Positions 17,801 to 18,632 of a stretch of DNA of 18,632 nt are shown here, piece by piece. A model generated the notes under the pieces. It had not been told where the DNA came from. It worked only from the letters and a program-made list of their open reading frames with translations, and made no database searches. Both the position numbers and the translations under genes were made by a program. Source of the DNA: Leptospira sp. (GTDB lineage: Bacteria > Spirochaetota > Leptospiria > Leptospirales > Leptospiraceae); contig JAWXAQ010000013.1 in assembly GCA_034439575.1 (NCBI GenBank), positions 1 through 18,632 on the forward strand, in the 5' to 3' direction. Within the stretch, counting starts at the first letter, position 1. Every line of letters begins with the position of its first letter.

Positions 17801-18631
17801 TGCTGAATTGCCATCACGACCATTCCTATCTATATTTGTACTTGATATTTGGTATGTAACAATCCTATCATTATAATAATTATAACTAGAATTAGCTCCT
17901 GTAGTTTGCTGTGTTAAATAAGTGGTAATAGCCTGGGAGATTTGCGTTAATGCTGTAGATGAATCAAGTGAGGGATTATTTAACTTAGCGTTCACCTGAG
18001 TAACAAAATCATTGAGGGCTAAGCCTGCACTATTCCAAGACTGGTTTGCATTCTTATACTGGCAACCTTCGGCTACATCACAACTTCTATCCAATTCTGT
18101 TTGGAAACTTGTCATCATGCCACCAATCGCTTGTTTAACTACAGTCTTGAAATTATTGATAGCAGTCAAATTATCTGTGAAAGTTTGCTCGGATTGGTTC
18201 ATTGTAGCTAAGAATGTATTGTATTTATCTTCAATCGCTTGGACTGATTGTCCAAAATCGGTTAAACCATTTTGGTATCCTTGTTGGTAGGATTGGCTCC
18301 ACTGATTTGCCTGAGCGTTTAATTGTTCTCTCAGTCTATTTGCTTCTATCTCCGAATTTGTAGGTCGTATCAAATCTTGCATCCCAAGGCGTGACAAATA
18401 CACTTCATCTACACGAGATGAGTTAAGCTTTGCTACAAACTCATTCCTATTCGCAAGCAAATCAAAATTCGCACTCTCTTCCCAACTCATTAAAGATTCA
18501 AGTTTTTGTGAATTTAGTTCCCGACTTACATAGTCTTTATACGCATTCACATCGTTATATGCATCACTAGTAGTTATTGAATCGACATATTGCTGAATCG
18601 CTGTATCTGCAGAAGTTTCCCAGGATGCACG
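11828..18631 (-). CDS. Giant TIGR04388-like (Leptospira) polymorphic toxin: helical stalk, Hint, LysM and lipase; 5'-truncated by the window edge
   Basis: The frame stays open to the window end (RASWETSADTAIQQYVDSITTSDAYNDV precedes the listed start). Hint, LysM and GHSLGG motifs are visible. The family assignment is from recognition of the N-terminal region. Confidence 0.85.
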   Translation of the reverse strand, partial: RASWETSADTAIQQYVDSITTSDAYNDVNAYKDYVSRELNSQKLESLMSWEESANFDLLANRNEFVAKLNSSRVDEVYLSRLGMQDLIRPTNSEIEANRLREQLNAQANQWSQSYQQGYQNGLTDFGQSVQAIEDKYNTFLATMNQSEQTFTDNLTAINNFKTVVKQAIGGMMTSFQTELDRSCDVAEGCQYKNANQSWNSAGLALNDFVTQVNAKLNNPSLDSSTALTQISQAITTYLTQQTTGANSSYNYYNDRIVTYQISSTNIDRNGRDGNSAISNTVNGTYDDWNTINTGSQYRGGEHIVDPDIGNMVRAIRTGDYTTIYNTLQGRLGGTSGRSIVNIIASNVFTADLQELNKTDQFAYISKTHTRGNYLLENNGAFTWEANRAICYPAPAACAAWTDRFQMDHITYGIAYTMRDQGMADHASYWSGNLGSLSNQLNQYNTNINPAISNWESQVQNYNNFYTAWQTQAQTLRDQARLDYENSLSDLETKKQTWLNKIGQEYQDGVAKWQGLENQINQSSANGNLSAVKTNFQASVQSIGVSDFSTGTNTVLANYDNSYNDLTSREFTFTDVSTNQAAVGPYQYLSSAGMTTKDNGFLTTAKNFVNSDSFMLSGVADKLGISKAETVTETTRSYNIFSAAADKKVETSLSIKDKDLASVFQTTANGVYQYSQLLSTNENNANAAIREQEKLINQMSYGIRWEDRAVGQYDKEGNFIGEEYLKGYLAVLQKDKNATAKYNISLEQVNDELKRRGYEYQDGMIVKSFTDRNTMIKLGLIKENTLTDAEKRLSGSCYVNPTSCSELRQDYISSFNKETLQVTLTKNISNGRIGGRDSSGKYISGTQEEKRYVTLSMVAPVTAPNGKDLFDVWGDSDWNDFSAQASNVMNNFYTKGLTSDSNLLIGAVTSISTVESNNNNRFQAAKQAQQAQDSLIKDLILAYITGGMAGVNGAIKNKIEDQINTGIAEAWARASGADEDQIAMLAQAVSFMKGKMQERNIKTRSNTLSINNPIRSIENIAAKYNTFTNSVISQIPGLGTLNQLSNSLTAALARTAMGPKAYEATMNRVTGPKDTIAAIKANTESMIQSNVTQAVATSTGLPAEVIGNMITDYKGSLAAKKIRRAINGNPITAISAQIDGIGGGIIKTAANAFGLKDRDIQRAIKDGNRVMFSGNLETSWAEIQSEANANTRLGLKAPGTTYTSATPTLKNKEGLVQELGQRMTVDFLAQGRTKEEKEIINAALRKGYSAMEQRKADKKQQADAIRSTAITAVTTVVTLGAAAVVTGPMSVVANALKAVGNFVGVTGTTAVQVGAAVVKGAVQVIDGSRNGIDGMAAGFVNGAIGVLTAGTFDANAMLGPAASFLQNTGLGIGVSYDSKNKWGGAIGIGGSSGNASVNFSQRGDTRISAGVSNATINYNLHKSNYDVGYTLNVGNGVSLTANYDSQNGMSGTASFNRDGVGGSYRIDRSGTTASGRVGGNSIGSNGPNGFTAGEIDWVDQNLDQARDNVDAEMEKRKKEASESTQPMGTKGLGTSRTNMFSQFFGGFTDGVANMFNFYNGKAVSTANMIVDSDGKVHPRTCFTAGTKIHTIDGLKNIEEIKVDDVVLSKSDTTGDVEYKKVVNTFIRQTDAIYIVRFTDGTILETTWNHPFRRLKSSATNEQFAIENSEWVEAKDLKSGDRSYVADGTLLVVDSVVIDHREETVYNFEVEDFHTYFVGEVGVWVHNDSYTVKNGERAVTIAERNGITRDELMAANPKALNRDKDGGYFYGGEKIKIPDPRPAVEQSPSFADRIVNGTRSTFDTIVGGIGKLPGKLYDNVLSPIGHGIAATGRGIATVAGGLDRAFNGVSSAFLRLGDSIRDVGVIKDYVPFFGNAIGNVADMTTGLLKIGTEVGTLPLKVLGNPSSLIQPGKLFQGMGVGLNKLAIGAFGSLGTVSHAVTNIKTVAMETLGSVAGIGKTLLSTTLQSGLAILDTGLDTIISPVKMVDNLIKDRSWNEGLFTRSETTRDQMMNSFSEFPESIWKNVTKPFKSVGHIASGAPAVDPKILSRDDAALLAHASYSDWANGPLPVGTEEIPRLAVSSQRPKIIGEETGLDMKVFRTERDGKVVYTISFGGTENGTDWGANFGAVGGLSSQHSEALERMKKIEKYMKANDPDAIMVTTGHSLGGGLASMVSMQTGIPAITFNPAGTNFMTNGLSNIFSTGSGQIDTYVVNTDPLNLMQNNIFAPIIGHIGRPHFESYPSVTGTLNGHSIYNFLPPKPSREQGE
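11831..12484 (-). other. Alpha/beta-hydrolase lipase toxin domain (lipase_3/DUF2974-like)
   Basis: ISFGGTE...DW..N, TGHSLGGGLA (Ser codon 12137-12139), TFNPAG, DPL and GHSI supply a Ser-Asp-His triad. Confidence 0.85.
13301..13447 (-). other. LysM domain
   Basis: YTVKNGE...IAERNGITRDELMAANP...GEKIKIP. Confidence 0.85.
13454..13891 (-). other. Pre-toxin Hint (BIL-type) autoprocessing domain
   Basis: CFTAGTKIHTIDG ... LETTWNHPF ... WVEAKDLKSGD ... VYNFEVEDFHTYFVG..GVWVHN, followed by Asp. Confidence 0.92.
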
Positions 18632-18632
18632 A

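Noticed and set aside
12615-18290. Seven short plus-strand ORFs inside the giant gene
   Set aside because: Antisense shadows of the toxin CDS.

Overview
Accessory region, probably from a Leptospira (inferred from a TIGR04388-like giant protein and spirochaete-type lipoboxes). Left: the 3' end of an ABC/SMC-type ATPase (TrlF/Ppl-like motifs), a tightly linked APH-like kinase and an internally deleted IS256-family relic. Middle (about 3119-8404, minus strand): what looks like an integrase-less integron-type cassette array with two attC-like hairpins. Its cassettes encode a GmrSD-type nuclease, a putative PD-(D/E)xK protein and a secreted C2-domain protein with a possible MACPF/CDC-like pore domain. 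The array carries two copies of a ~220-bp non-coding leader, each with four identically spaced GTTA boxes (attI-like) and a XerC/D dif-like site where intI would normally sit. Right: two lipoproteins and a polymorphic toxin locus (giant protein with Hint, LysM and a C-terminal GHSLGG lipase, followed by an ankyrin lipoprotein as likely immunity). All family assignments come from motif recognition by eye; no searches were run.
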